In this document: positions 29,347 to 38,007 of the stretch, in pieces | Position numbering within the stretch: position 1 is the stretch's first letter | Layout of the letters: every line of letters starts with the position of its first letter | Source of the DNA: a virus | IMG/VR virus record: IMGVR_UViG_3300047160_010630 | Location: 32,001-96,000 of that record | Strand: one strand, 5' to 3' | DNA: 64,000 nt | Made by a program: the position numbers and the translations under genes | Notes under the pieces: generated by a model | What the model was told of the DNA's origin: nothing | The model's database searches: none | Seen by the model: only the letters and a program-made list of their open reading frames with translations

Positions 29347-29604
29347 TCAGCTGCCGTTACCGGCGTTGCGTCGCTCGGTGTCGTCACCCTGCGAGGCCGG
29401 AGGGTTGCCGAAGACCCGGTTGGCCTGGCGCTGGGCCTGGATCTGGTTGGAGGTGTGGACGGCGTCGTTCTCGGCCTTGGCGAAGTCGTCGGCCCCGCCG
29501 ACGGACAGGTAGTCCTGCCGGTCGGCGGCGGCTCCCTGGTTCATCCGCTGCTCGAAGGCACCGGAGCCCGGGTCCGGGTCACTGTTCCTCTTGAAGAGAC
29601 CCAT
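29347..29604 (-). CDS. Hypothetical protein (MGLFKR...)
   Basis: AAGGAACAAGGAA before ATG. Confidence 0.55.
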   Translation of the reverse strand: MGLFKRNSDPDPGSGAFEQRMNQGAAADRQDYLSVGGADDFAKAENDAVHTSNQIQAQRQANRVFGNPPASQGDDTERRNAGNGS

Positions 29605-29644
29605 TTCCTTGTTCCTTTCTGCGCTGGGTAGAATCTCCACCCTG

Positions 29645-29727
29645 TGTGCTCGGAGGGAGTCGAACCCTCACGTCTCTTGGACGCCGGTACTTGAAGCCGG
29701 TGCGTCTGCCTGTTTCGCCACGAGCAC
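29645..29727 (-). tRNA. tRNA-Leu(CAA)
   Basis: Acceptor gtgctcg/cgagcac, Leu-type D-loop, long variable arm, TTCGA T-loop; C.A mismatch closing the anticodon stem. Confidence 0.85.
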
Positions 29728-29731
29728 TCAG

Positions 29732-29812
29732 CAGAGGGTAGAGGTAACGCTCCCCGAGCCTTTCAGCTCCCCAGATTTTCAAGACCTGTTTGCACCTTGT
29801 GCGGTACCCTCT
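29732..29812 (-). tRNA. Atypical tRNA-Ser(UGA)
   Basis: Acceptor agagggt/accctct, G73, anticodon arm caggt-cttgaaa-atctg, long variable arm; non-canonical T-loop AGCGTTA and minimal D-arm. Confidence 0.65.
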
Positions 29813-30156
29813 ATATGTGTGACTGTTTTACCGTGATGGTCACTTGAATTGAGTATTACTACACGATTTTCTGGAACTATATAAACTGCCAGAAGATCTG
29901 ATTTATTTCCGTCGAACTTTATTACTCTTGTCTCATTTGTATTGTGTCGTACTGATTTAAGCTGTACGGCATAGCTCTTTTTGGATCCTTTGTAGGAGGT
30001 GCTTTTAACCTCTACTCTGGAAAGGATTCCTTCTTTAACTACTACCATGTCAAAGTTCGCATTACCAAAAACTGGTAGATAAACATCGTAACCTTGACGC
30101 ACGAATTCATGTGCTACGGCTGCTTCTCCGAGTCTACCCTTCTTTACTGTGTTCAC
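29779..30156 (-). CDS. PD-(D/E)XK homing endonuclease (I-Ssp6803I-like), free-standing in the tRNA cluster
   Basis: KGRLGEAAV..EF...GY.V.LP....FDMV......RVEVKS; AT-rich; start GTG 30156 or ATG 30165. Confidence 0.8.
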   Translation of the reverse strand: MNTVKKGRLGEAAVAHEFVRQGYDVYLPVFGNANFDMVVVKEGILSRVEVKSTSYKGSKKSYAVQLKSVRHNTNETRVIKFDGNKSDLLAVYIVPENRVVILNSSDHHGKTVTHIEGTAQGANRS

Positions 30157-30177
30157 GCGTCTCATAATACAATAAAG

Positions 30178-30248
30178 AACGGACGACGGGAATCGAACCC
30201 GCACCTCCAGCGTGGAAGGCTGGGGCACTGCCGTTATGCAACGTCCGC
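30178..30248 (-). tRNA. tRNA-Gly(UCC)
   Basis: Cloverleaf, loop cttccac, U73. Confidence 0.88.
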
Positions 30249-30249
30249 G

Positions 30250-30332
30250 TGGAAGTGGAGGGAATTGAACCCCCGAGCCCGAAGGATCCGGTTTACAGCC
30301 GGACGCAACCAGCCAACAGTTGCCTCACTTCC
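30250..30332 (-). tRNA. tRNA-Tyr(GUA)
   Basis: tccgg-ctgtaaa-ccgga, variable arm, A73. Confidence 0.88.
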
Positions 30333-30337
30333 AACAG

Positions 30338-30411
30338 GGTGACCTACGGGAATCGAACCCGCAACCTTCGGTGCCACAGACCGACGCTCTGCCAATTGAG
30401 CTAAGGCCACC
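30338..30411 (-). tRNA. tRNA-His(GUG) with genomically encoded G-1
   Basis: tcggt-ctgtggc-accga; C73; G directly 5' of position 1. Confidence 0.9.
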
Positions 30412-30438
30412 ATTGCCGGTGTACTGCATGAATCGTAG

Positions 30439-30512
30439 TGGCGGGGACAGGATTTGAACCTGCGACCTACGGGTTATGAGCCCGCCGAGCTACCGAGCTG
30501 CTCCACCCCGCT
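30439..30512 (-). tRNA. Initiator tRNA-fMet(CAU)
   Basis: 1:72 mismatch (A/C); GGG/CCC in anticodon stem; loop ctcataa. Confidence 0.92.
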
Positions 30513-30536
30513 CCTACGAGCTTAGCAGGTCGCCGC

Positions 30537-30565
30537 GCCCGGCGCCCGGAGTTCCGGGCGCCGGG
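30537..30565 (-). terminator. GC-rich hairpin between gene 30576 and the tRNA cluster
   Basis: gcccggcgcccgga / tccgggcgccgggc inverted repeat. Confidence 0.5.
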
Positions 30566-30575
30566 CCACCGGCTG

Positions 30576-31190
30576 TCAGATCTTCTGGGGCTCCGCGTCA
30601 CCGGCGTCGTGCGCCGGGGCGTCGGTCTTCTCGGCGGTGTCCTCGGTCGCCGTCGCAGCGGCCAGCGCCTCGGCGACGACGGCCCGCACGAGCACCTTCA
30701 GGGTGCGGCGATGCGCGCGGTCCGACGTGACGCTGTGGCCGAACCAGGTGTACAGCGCCTTCTCCGCCTCGGTCGGCGACTCGGCCTCCGGCAGCACCCC
30801 GGCGCGCTGGGCGGCCCGGACGTACCGGTCCCAGTCGGAGCACCAGCTCTTGGCAGCGGCCAGCTGGTCCAGCTCGTCCAGGGTGGCGGGGAGGATCTTG
30901 AAGACCTCCTCGGCATGCTCCGAGAAGTCGCGGAGGTTCTCGGCGATGTACCTGACCAGCGGGTCCTCGGACTCCTTCAGCTTGTCCCAGGCGCCCCGGC
31001 GGACCTCTCGCGCGGTCGTGCTGTTGACCTGCTGGCAGGCGTCGCGGTAGTTGCGGAAGGTGTAGTCGCTCCAGTTGTTCTCGGTGCCGTAGTCCTCGCG
31101 GTACTTGGCGGCGATCGCGTCCAGCTTCTCGCGGATCTGCTCGGGGGTGATGGTGACGGCGGCGAAGTACGCCTCGATCTCGGGGAGCAT
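30576..31190 (-). CDS. Hypothetical early protein
   Basis: Strong codon bias; own promoter and purine-rich leader. Confidence 0.7.
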   Translation of the reverse strand: MLPEIEAYFAAVTITPEQIREKLDAIAAKYREDYGTENNWSDYTFRNYRDACQQVNSTTAREVRRGAWDKLKESEDPLVRYIAENLRDFSEHAEEVFKILPATLDELDQLAAAKSWCSDWDRYVRAAQRAGVLPEAESPTEAEKALYTWFGHSVTSDRAHRRTLKVLVRAVVAEALAAATATEDTAEKTDAPAHDAGDAEPQKI

Positions 31191-31244
31191 CCTGTTCCTC
31201 TTTCTTCTCTTCCTGGTTCCTGCCCTCGTGGGCCGGTGAGAAGA

Positions 31245-31273
31245 ACACTACGCAGGACCTGACCCGCCGTCAA
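31245..31273 (-). promoter_or_regulatory. Sigma70/HrdB-type promoter
   Basis: TTGACG-N17-TAGTGT. Confidence 0.65.
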
Positions 31274-31328
31274 CCCCCGACCGGGAACCGCCCCCGGGCC
31301 GTGTGCCCGGAGGCGGTGCGCTCTTCCT

Positions 31329-32009
31329 TTAGAAGGGGAGGCCGCCGTTGTCGAACGGCAGCGCCGGGGGAGCGGTGTCCTGGGGCGCCTCGTCCTGCGG
31401 CTCCTCCTCCTCCTCCTCGGCCTTGTCCTCGTCCAGGACGTCGTACTTCTGCGGAGGCTCGTACTCGGCCTCTTCCTCTTCCTCTTCCTCCTTGGTGGAG
31501 TCCGCGACCGGCTGCGGCTGGGCGACCGGCTGCGGCTGGACAGCGGGCTGGGGCTGTGCCATCATCGGCTGCGGGGAAGCTGACGGGGCGCCAGAAGCCG
31601 TGCCGGTTCCGGGAGCCTTCACGTTCTTGAGCTTGCTACGGGTCTGCCCCTGCCACTCGTCCTCCTCGACCTCGATCTGGCAGGCCTTGCCGATCAGGTC
31701 GTTGGCGACCTTCTCCATGGAGGGATCGGTCCCGAAGTAGGCGCCGTTCAGGCCGAGTGCCGCCATGTGCCGGAAGAAGAATCCGAGCGCGATGGCGCTG
31801 TCCGGGCTGATGGTGAAGGTGTTGGGCATCGGCTTGCCCTGGAACGGACCCGAGGTGATCTTGAAGACGGCCTTGATCTGGTCCTTGCCGTTGCTGTTCT
31901 TGGTGTGGCTGGCCTTGGTGATGACCGCGTCGTAGGTCCCCTTGGGGATCGTGACGAACCCGGCGTCCTCGGCGGCCTTCTGGAGATCCTTCCAGGAGTA
32001 CTGCGCCAT
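31329..32009 (-). CDS. DUF669-type single-stranded DNA-binding protein
   Basis: IPKGTYDAVI, LIGKACQIEV, acidic tail ending LPF. Confidence 0.8.
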   Translation of the reverse strand: MAQYSWKDLQKAAEDAGFVTIPKGTYDAVITKASHTKNSNGKDQIKAVFKITSGPFQGKPMPNTFTISPDSAIALGFFFRHMAALGLNGAYFGTDPSMEKVANDLIGKACQIEVEEDEWQGQTRSKLKNVKAPGTGTASGAPSASPQPMMAQPQPAVQPQPVAQPQPVADSTKEEEEEEEAEYEPPQKYDVLDEDKAEEEEEEPQDEAPQDTAPPALPFDNGGLPF

Positions 32010-32767
32010 CAGCTCTGCACCTTCTTCGCGTTGGTGTCGGTCTTCTTGGTGTCGGTCTTGGTCTCGCCCCGCAGGAGCCGGAGCATCTCCACGACGTTCG
32101 GGTTGTCCACGTACGACCCGAGCGCTCCGCCGACGCGTTCCCCGGTGATGTAGCCCGGGGTCGGCCCGATGTACAGGCGGTGCGCCAGCTCCCCGTTCAT
32201 GTCGGGGACGATCGCCAGGTACGCGCAGCAGTCCACGTGGTACGGCAGGACGGTGGACAGGGAGCCCTGGACGTAGGGACGCCAGTCCTCGTCATCCTTC
32301 TTCGCCATGGCGATGATCACCACCGCGTCCAGCGGCTTGACCGGGTGCGTCGTCAGGTCGCGCATCTGCCGGACCAGTTCAGACACCCTACGAAGCAGCG
32401 TGCCCCAGTCCTGCTGCTTCATCTGGTCGTGGCCCACCAGGGCGTCGATGCAGCGCTGCTGGATCTCCGAGATGGAGTCCAGGACCACCGAGACGAACGG
32501 GTGCTGGCCGGAGTTCAGCCACTCGTACGCCTTCTCGATCGTCTGGTAGTCCCGGACGTAGACGATGGCGGTGTCCCAGGTGCCGTCGGCGACCGGCGGG
32601 GCGTACTGCTTGGGGTCCCAGACGACCTTCTTGCCTGGCACGAACCGGGCGCCCATCTCGGCGTCCAGGATCAGGCGGGGGGCCGGGGTGGTGGCGCCGA
32701 AGGTGGTCTTCCCGGTCTTGGCCTTGCCGTAGACGAGGATGTTGAGTCCGATGTGGAAGTCATTCAC
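32009..32767 (-). CDS. AAA_24 / Sak4-like ATPase
   Basis: ILVYGKAKTGKTT, LDAEMG, VVLDSISE. Confidence 0.85.
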   Translation of the reverse strand: MNDFHIGLNILVYGKAKTGKTTFGATTPAPRLILDAEMGARFVPGKKVVWDPKQYAPPVADGTWDTAIVYVRDYQTIEKAYEWLNSGQHPFVSVVLDSISEIQQRCIDALVGHDQMKQQDWGTLLRRVSELVRQMRDLTTHPVKPLDAVVIIAMAKKDDEDWRPYVQGSLSTVLPYHVDCCAYLAIVPDMNGELAHRLYIGPTPGYITGERVGGALGSYVDNPNVVEMLRLLRGETKTDTKKTDTNAKKVQS

Positions 32768-33722
32768 TGCGTGCGCTGTCCTTTTCCTGTGCGAATTCTT
32801 CGACTACGCGTTCGATGAGTTCGTTTCCGTAGTATGCAAAAGGGTCCGCCTGAGTGTACTCACCGGCCAGTGCGTCCTCGAACCGTGAGCCGTCGTCCGC
32901 GAGGTGGCACACCTTCACGAAGGGGCACCAGTCGCAGTGCGTTCCCGGGTTCGGGTAGGCGACGCGCTTGTGGTCCTCACCATTGTCGAGCCGGTCACTG
33001 ACATTCAGGATGTCCTGGGCCGTCTCCAGGGTGCGCAGCCACATGCTGTTCAGGTCGTGCCGGTTGAAGTTGACCTCGACCTGCTCGTAGAACGGGCCCT
33101 TGGCCCTGGCCGTGCGCTTGGAGCGCAGGAGCATCGTGTACAGCATGCCGCCGGAGCGGTCGGTGCCGTGCTCCTGCGCGTCCAGGTTCTGGAGGAGCGT
33201 GTAGAAGCGCATTTGCTCGTCCCGCAGGAGCTTGTCGGCCTTGGACAGTGTACCGACCGTCTTCCAGTCCCGTCCGAGCACCACGCCGTCCCATTCCCTG
33301 CGGATCAGCTGGTCCAGCTTACCGACCAGGGCGATCGGCCGTCCGTCCGGCGCGCTGGTTTCACGTGAAACGATGCGCTCGGTGGCGACGATCGTCAACC
33401 CCGCGTCCACGCCGGTCGACTCGGCCCACGGGAGGTAGCCCTCCACCATCGTGCGGGCCCAGTCGTGCTCCTTGTCCAGCTCTTCGGCCCAGTTCGGGTA
33501 CTCCTGGACCGCCCACTGGTAGACCTTCTCCAGGACGGACAGCGGGTCCAGTGCGTACCCGTAGTACGCCTCCAGGGCGAGGTGCACGCGGGTGCCCAGC
33601 TCGGCGTAGCCGACCGGCTTGCGGCGTGACGGCTTGACGGTGAGCTGCTGGTAGTACCCGAGGTACCACTTCCTGCGGCAGGCCTTGAAGGTTTGCAGAA
33701 GGCTGTTGCTGAACGCGTGCAC
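32760..33722 (-). CDS. Cas4/RecB-like PD-(D/E)XK exonuclease
   Basis: FKACRRKW, GTRVH, GKLD...DWKT, CDWCPF..VC. Confidence 0.85.
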   Translation of the reverse strand: MHAFSNSLLQTFKACRRKWYLGYYQQLTVKPSRRKPVGYAELGTRVHLALEAYYGYALDPLSVLEKVYQWAVQEYPNWAEELDKEHDWARTMVEGYLPWAESTGVDAGLTIVATERIVSRETSAPDGRPIALVGKLDQLIRREWDGVVLGRDWKTVGTLSKADKLLRDEQMRFYTLLQNLDAQEHGTDRSGGMLYTMLLRSKRTARAKGPFYEQVEVNFNRHDLNSMWLRTLETAQDILNVSDRLDNGEDHKRVAYPNPGTHCDWCPFVKVCHLADDGSRFEDALAGEYTQADPFAYYGNELIERVVEEFAQEKDSARSE

Positions 33723-33883
33723 CGGGAGCTGCTCCTAGAGTGGTGGTTCGCCGACGATCATCTCCGTATAGATATGCGGGCCGTCGCACACCCAGAGATC
33801 TGTCTCCTCGTCCTGGTGGGTCCAGCGCTTCTCGCACCGGTACCAGAAGGTGAGCTTGGCCTGGCAGCGCCCGTCACGCGGAC

Positions 33884-35632
33884 TCAGCCAGCGCCGAGCA
33901 GCTTCTTCAGCGCTTCCGCGTCCCTCATCACGTCCTCCATCCGCCACTGCTTCCCCCTCAGAAGGTCGATCCTGTTCTCCTCCACCGTACCGGGCGTGAT
34001 CTGTTCGATGATCCGCACTTCGGCGTGGTGCTCGGATCCGATCCTATGGATACGATCTTCCCCTTGCATGTTCTGCACTTCGCTGTACGAGCGCTGCATG
34101 AAAAGCATGGTGTTCGCACGGGTCAGCGTGATGCCTTCGGCGCCCGCCCCGAGGGTGAGCAGGATGACCCGCGTGCGGCCCTCCTGGAAGTCCTTGACGG
34201 CCCCCTGGCGCTCCAGGGCGGACTGGGCGCCGGTCACCAGGCCGTAGGAGATCTTGTGCTTCTCCAGGCGCTTGGCGGCCAGCTCGATCAGCTGCCGGGA
34301 GACGGCGGCGACCACGAGCGGTTCGTCCCCCATCTCCTCCAGCAGGTCGATCAGGTCGTCCACCTTGCCGGACGGGTCCGACAGATGCAGCCCGCCCTCG
34401 TCGTCCACCTCGGCCGACGCGGCGGCGAACTGGAGCAACCGGGTGAGCTTGGACAGCGGGTCCACGGCCACCAGGATCTCGTTCAGCTGCGCGATCATCA
34501 GCTCGCGCATCTGCGCGTACGCCTTGGCCTGCTTGGCGGACATCGGCGTGTGCCGGTACTGGACCGGGAGCTTGGGCGGGAGCTGGGGGAGTGCGGCCTC
34601 TTTCGGAATACGCCGCATAATGGGATCGATGATGCAGAACAGCTCGGACCGGTTCACCGGATTGATGCCGATGACCTCGTTCCCGCCGAAGTAGTTGTAC
34701 GAGAACTGCGCGTAGCGGTCCAGGAATTTCGTCTTCGCCCTGAACCAGTCCGGCTCGATGGTGTGGAGGATGCTCCACAGGTCGCCGATGTTGTCCCGCA
34801 CCGGCGTGCCGGTCAGCGCGAACCGGTAGACGGCCTGATGGGCCACGTACCAGCAGGCACGCGTCCACTTGGCCTTCGGGTTGGACAGCTTGTGCGCCTC
34901 GTCGAAGACGATACTCCGGTGGCCCAGGGAGTTGAGTTCCTTCTCCTCCCGGTCCTTGTCGGTCAGCGCGATGTCACCGTACGGGGCGATCCGCGAGTGC
35001 AACCGGACCGCGTCCCAGTTCAACACGTAAACCATGGCACCGGCCTCCAGCTGTTTGCGCCGCTTGACGGCCGTGCCGTCGACCACCTGGACGGTGACCT
35101 CCGGCGCCCACTTCTTGAAGTCCTCCTCCCACACAGTGTATTTCAGGGAGTTCGGACAGATGATGAGCGCCGGGAACGGATTCATGTTGAGGTCGCGCAT
35201 GAGCTGGAGTGTGCGGATCGCTACGGGCGTCTTCCCCAGGCCCATCGGATTGGCGAGAACGGCCCGCTCGTTGGTGGCCAGGAAGTCGACGTCGACACGT
35301 TGGTAGGGGAACAGCTTGAGCTGCTGGTTTCGCTCGATCCAGTCGAGCGACGGCCCGTAGGTGATGTCGGCGTGCAGCGCGTCCCGCAGCTTCATCGCCG
35401 GGACGATCTTCTGTGCCCGCTCCTTCCAGGCCCACGCCTGGAGTTCGTCCCCGATCGTCAGGTCGTCCTTGAAGACTCCCCGCAGGACCATGCAGGTGGC
35501 CCAGGTGAGCGGGGCCGCCCACACACCGAGGTCTTTCTTGTACGAAGCCCCGGGAATCTGCGCAGTCAGGTGCCGCTGATGGTAGCTGCTGGTGATGTGA
35601 ACGGCTTCGCCTACACGTTCTGCATACGCCAT
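33884..35632 (-). CDS. SNF2-family helicase
   Basis: MGLGKT, DEAH, LTGTP, QGEDRIHRIG. Confidence 0.9.
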   Translation of the reverse strand: MAYAERVGEAVHITSSYHQRHLTAQIPGASYKKDLGVWAAPLTWATCMVLRGVFKDDLTIGDELQAWAWKERAQKIVPAMKLRDALHADITYGPSLDWIERNQQLKLFPYQRVDVDFLATNERAVLANPMGLGKTPVAIRTLQLMRDLNMNPFPALIICPNSLKYTVWEEDFKKWAPEVTVQVVDGTAVKRRKQLEAGAMVYVLNWDAVRLHSRIAPYGDIALTDKDREEKELNSLGHRSIVFDEAHKLSNPKAKWTRACWYVAHQAVYRFALTGTPVRDNIGDLWSILHTIEPDWFRAKTKFLDRYAQFSYNYFGGNEVIGINPVNRSELFCIIDPIMRRIPKEAALPQLPPKLPVQYRHTPMSAKQAKAYAQMRELMIAQLNEILVAVDPLSKLTRLLQFAAASAEVDDEGGLHLSDPSGKVDDLIDLLEEMGDEPLVVAAVSRQLIELAAKRLEKHKISYGLVTGAQSALERQGAVKDFQEGRTRVILLTLGAGAEGITLTRANTMLFMQRSYSEVQNMQGEDRIHRIGSEHHAEVRIIEQITPGTVEENRIDLLRGKQWRMEDVMRDAEALKKLLGAG

Positions 35633-35667
35633 TCCTCAGCCTTTCCTGGTGCGTGATGATCAGTGTA

Positions 35668-36138
35668 CTACTCGTCGAAGAGTTCCGCAGCGAGATGCAT
35701 GGGTGTACGACCTTCTCGCAAGGTCCATGCCAACAAATGAGCTGCTGCGTCGTTTGCATGCACCTGACCGGGCTTGTGCCAGCGCAGCTTCTGGAGCTTG
35801 TCGCCGTCCATGCCGAGCTTCCTGGAGGCGGAAGGCACCGGCGCCAGCAAGGTGGTGTTGTACTTGTACGCGATCCACTTCACCATGCCGATGACCTCAA
35901 GGCTGTACTCGGGGTCGCTGGCCACGGTGGACGGCGTGACGATGAACTTCTCGTACCCGACGGCCAGCTGGTTGTGGTGGAACCGGGCGTACGACTCCAG
36001 GTCGTTGCCCAGGGTGAAGAAGTCCAGCTGGCCGCTGGAGAAGGACATCTCGGAGGAGAGCGAGGCCCAGCCGGTCAGCTTGCCGGGGTCCAGCCAGATG
36101 ACGCGTTCGAAGTGCTTCGGGACATTTACTTTTGCCAC
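35668..36138 (-). CDS. RuvC-like Holliday junction resolvase
   Basis: LDPGKLTGWA, E.F, HANDAAAH. Confidence 0.75.
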   Translation of the reverse strand: MAKVNVPKHFERVIWLDPGKLTGWASLSSEMSFSSGQLDFFTLGNDLESYARFHHNQLAVGYEKFIVTPSTVASDPEYSLEVIGMVKWIAYKYNTTLLAPVPSASRKLGMDGDKLQKLRWHKPGQVHANDAAAHLLAWTLREGRTPMHLAAELFDE

Positions 36139-37901
36139 CGGTCTCTCATGACCTTTCCTCCGGCTGTCAGAGGAACACGATAACCCGTCCGGTCCGTCAT
36201 GCAGTCTTCAATGAGCTTCAGTACGTCGTCCGCGTCCTGCTCGGGTACTTCGCACAGGATCTCATCGTGAATGGGCAGCAGCATGTTGTCCCCGAGGCCG
36301 ACGGAGTCCATGGTGACCAGGCACTGCTTCATGTAGATGGCCGCCGTACTCTGGATCCGCGCGTTGAACGCCTGCGTGTACTCGCTGCCGCGCTCGATCC
36401 CCAGGCGGTGGCCCAGGTGGCTGAACAGGTGCGGGTGGCGGGTGGACTTCGCCGCGCGCTCGTACCGCGTGAGCGCTTCCTTGATGCCCGGGAAGCGCCC
36501 GAAGAACTCACCGGCAGCATACGCCATCTGCTCGTTCGACACGCCGGTGGCAATCGCCATGGCCTCGATGTTGTCGCCGCCGCCGTACGCGGACCGGTAG
36601 ACCAGGGTCTTGATCTGGTTGCGGCGCGGGTCGCTCTTCTCGATCCGCTCGCCGAACACCGGTACGGAGAGTTCGCAGAAGAGGTCCCCGCCGTCGCGGT
36701 CGGCCCGTTCGAACGCCTCGATCAGGCCGGGGTCCTCGGTGAAGTGGGCTGTCAGCCTGGCCTCCACCTGGTCCAGGTCGCACGTGACGAAGACGCGTTC
36801 CGGCCGTGGCACGAACGATCCGCGTACGAACTTGTCGTCTCGGGGGAGTGTCTGGAGCGCCGGGTCCGTCACGGACATCCGGTCGGTCTTGGCGGCCATG
36901 GTGTTGATGGTGGCGTGGACGACGTCGAATTCGTCCCGGAAGTCCAGGAAGTTCTCCAGGTAGGAGCGCCGCATCTTCGTGGCGTGCTTGATGTGCTTGA
37001 TGTACTTCGCCAGTTCGCGTGCGGCCGGGTGATCGGCACGGGCGGCGAAGAACTCCAGGACGGTCTTGTCCATCTGGGGGGAGCCGAGCGCGGTGTACTC
37101 GGTGATCTCGCACCCGAGCCGCTCGAACGCCCGCGCCAGCTGGCCGCTGGACCCGGGTGCGGTGATGCCGTGGACGTTCTTGAGCCACACACGTGCTTCG
37201 TCCTCGAACGTGCTCAGCTTGGCGATGGCCTGCTCGACGTAGGGGACGTCCAGCTGCATTCCCTTGAGCATCATGTTCGTACAGATACGAAGAGTGGCCA
37301 TCTCCAGTTCGTATGCTTCCCTGGCGGTGGCCTCCACGCCGGGCCGGATCTTCTGGTCCAGGTGGGCGGTGAGGATCGGGTCCAGGGCCGAGTACACCCA
37401 GTAGGGGGCAAAACTGATGGGGACAGTCGCCCAGGTCCACCCCTGCGCCTTCATGCCCTCGTCCAGGGCCTTCTGGCCCTGCGCGGCGGTGCGGTCGATG
37501 CGCCGTTCGGACTGCCACTTCAAGCCCTTGGGCTGCATGGAGTCTTCGACGGCGGCCTGGACCATCGTGTCGTGCAGCCGCTCCCACGGAAGCTGGATCC
37601 CGCCCTGGACCTGGAACATCCGCTGCTCGAACGGGGCGTTGTGGCAGACCCACCAGCCCTCGTAGTCGCGGATGACCTCCAGGATGCCGCCCTTCCACAG
37701 GTCCCATGGAATCGCCCAGCCTTGGTGGAGGTCGCCGAACTGGACGAGGCGCAGTTTGTGCTTGTGCGGATTGAGTCCCTCGGACTCGGTGTCGACGGCG
37801 AGCGGAGTCTCTCGACGCTCGCCGACCCATCGCTTGAATGCGAACAGGTCTTCGATGGTCTCTACCAGATTCAGCTGGACATGGTCAAGAATTCCGGCCA
37901 T
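36126..37901 (-). CDS. polA: Family A DNA polymerase with 3'-5' exonuclease domain
   Basis: AVDTESEGL, HNAPFE, HDTM; motif A DLDQVEAR, motif B R...K...Y...YG, motif C IHDEI. Confidence 0.92.
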   Translation of the reverse strand: MAGILDHVQLNLVETIEDLFAFKRWVGERRETPLAVDTESEGLNPHKHKLRLVQFGDLHQGWAIPWDLWKGGILEVIRDYEGWWVCHNAPFEQRMFQVQGGIQLPWERLHDTMVQAAVEDSMQPKGLKWQSERRIDRTAAQGQKALDEGMKAQGWTWATVPISFAPYWVYSALDPILTAHLDQKIRPGVEATAREAYELEMATLRICTNMMLKGMQLDVPYVEQAIAKLSTFEDEARVWLKNVHGITAPGSSGQLARAFERLGCEITEYTALGSPQMDKTVLEFFAARADHPAARELAKYIKHIKHATKMRRSYLENFLDFRDEFDVVHATINTMAAKTDRMSVTDPALQTLPRDDKFVRGSFVPRPERVFVTCDLDQVEARLTAHFTEDPGLIEAFERADRDGGDLFCELSVPVFGERIEKSDPRRNQIKTLVYRSAYGGGDNIEAMAIATGVSNEQMAYAAGEFFGRFPGIKEALTRYERAAKSTRHPHLFSHLGHRLGIERGSEYTQAFNARIQSTAAIYMKQCLVTMDSVGLGDNMLLPIHDEILCEVPEQDADDVLKLIEDCMTDRTGYRVPLTAGGKVMRDRWQK

Positions 37902-38007
37902 CGGCTTCCTCTTCCTTGCGCACGAAGGCGACGGCAGATCCGTTTCCGGACCCGTTGCCGCCGCCTTCGCTCTGATCGATCGGCAGGCTCAACCTACCAT
38001 GTGCGGA

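Noticed and set aside
29645-30512. Amber or opal suppressor tRNA explaining the in-frame TAG
   Set aside because: Anticodons are CAA, UGA, UCC, GUA, GUG and CAU; the Leu loop centres on CAA, not UCA. No sign of genome-wide TAG recoding, as many genes end in TAG.
30439-30512. tRNA-fMet as a prophage attachment site or host boundary
   Set aside because: Phage genes continue on both sides, and there is no integrase or duplicated tRNA 3' end in the window
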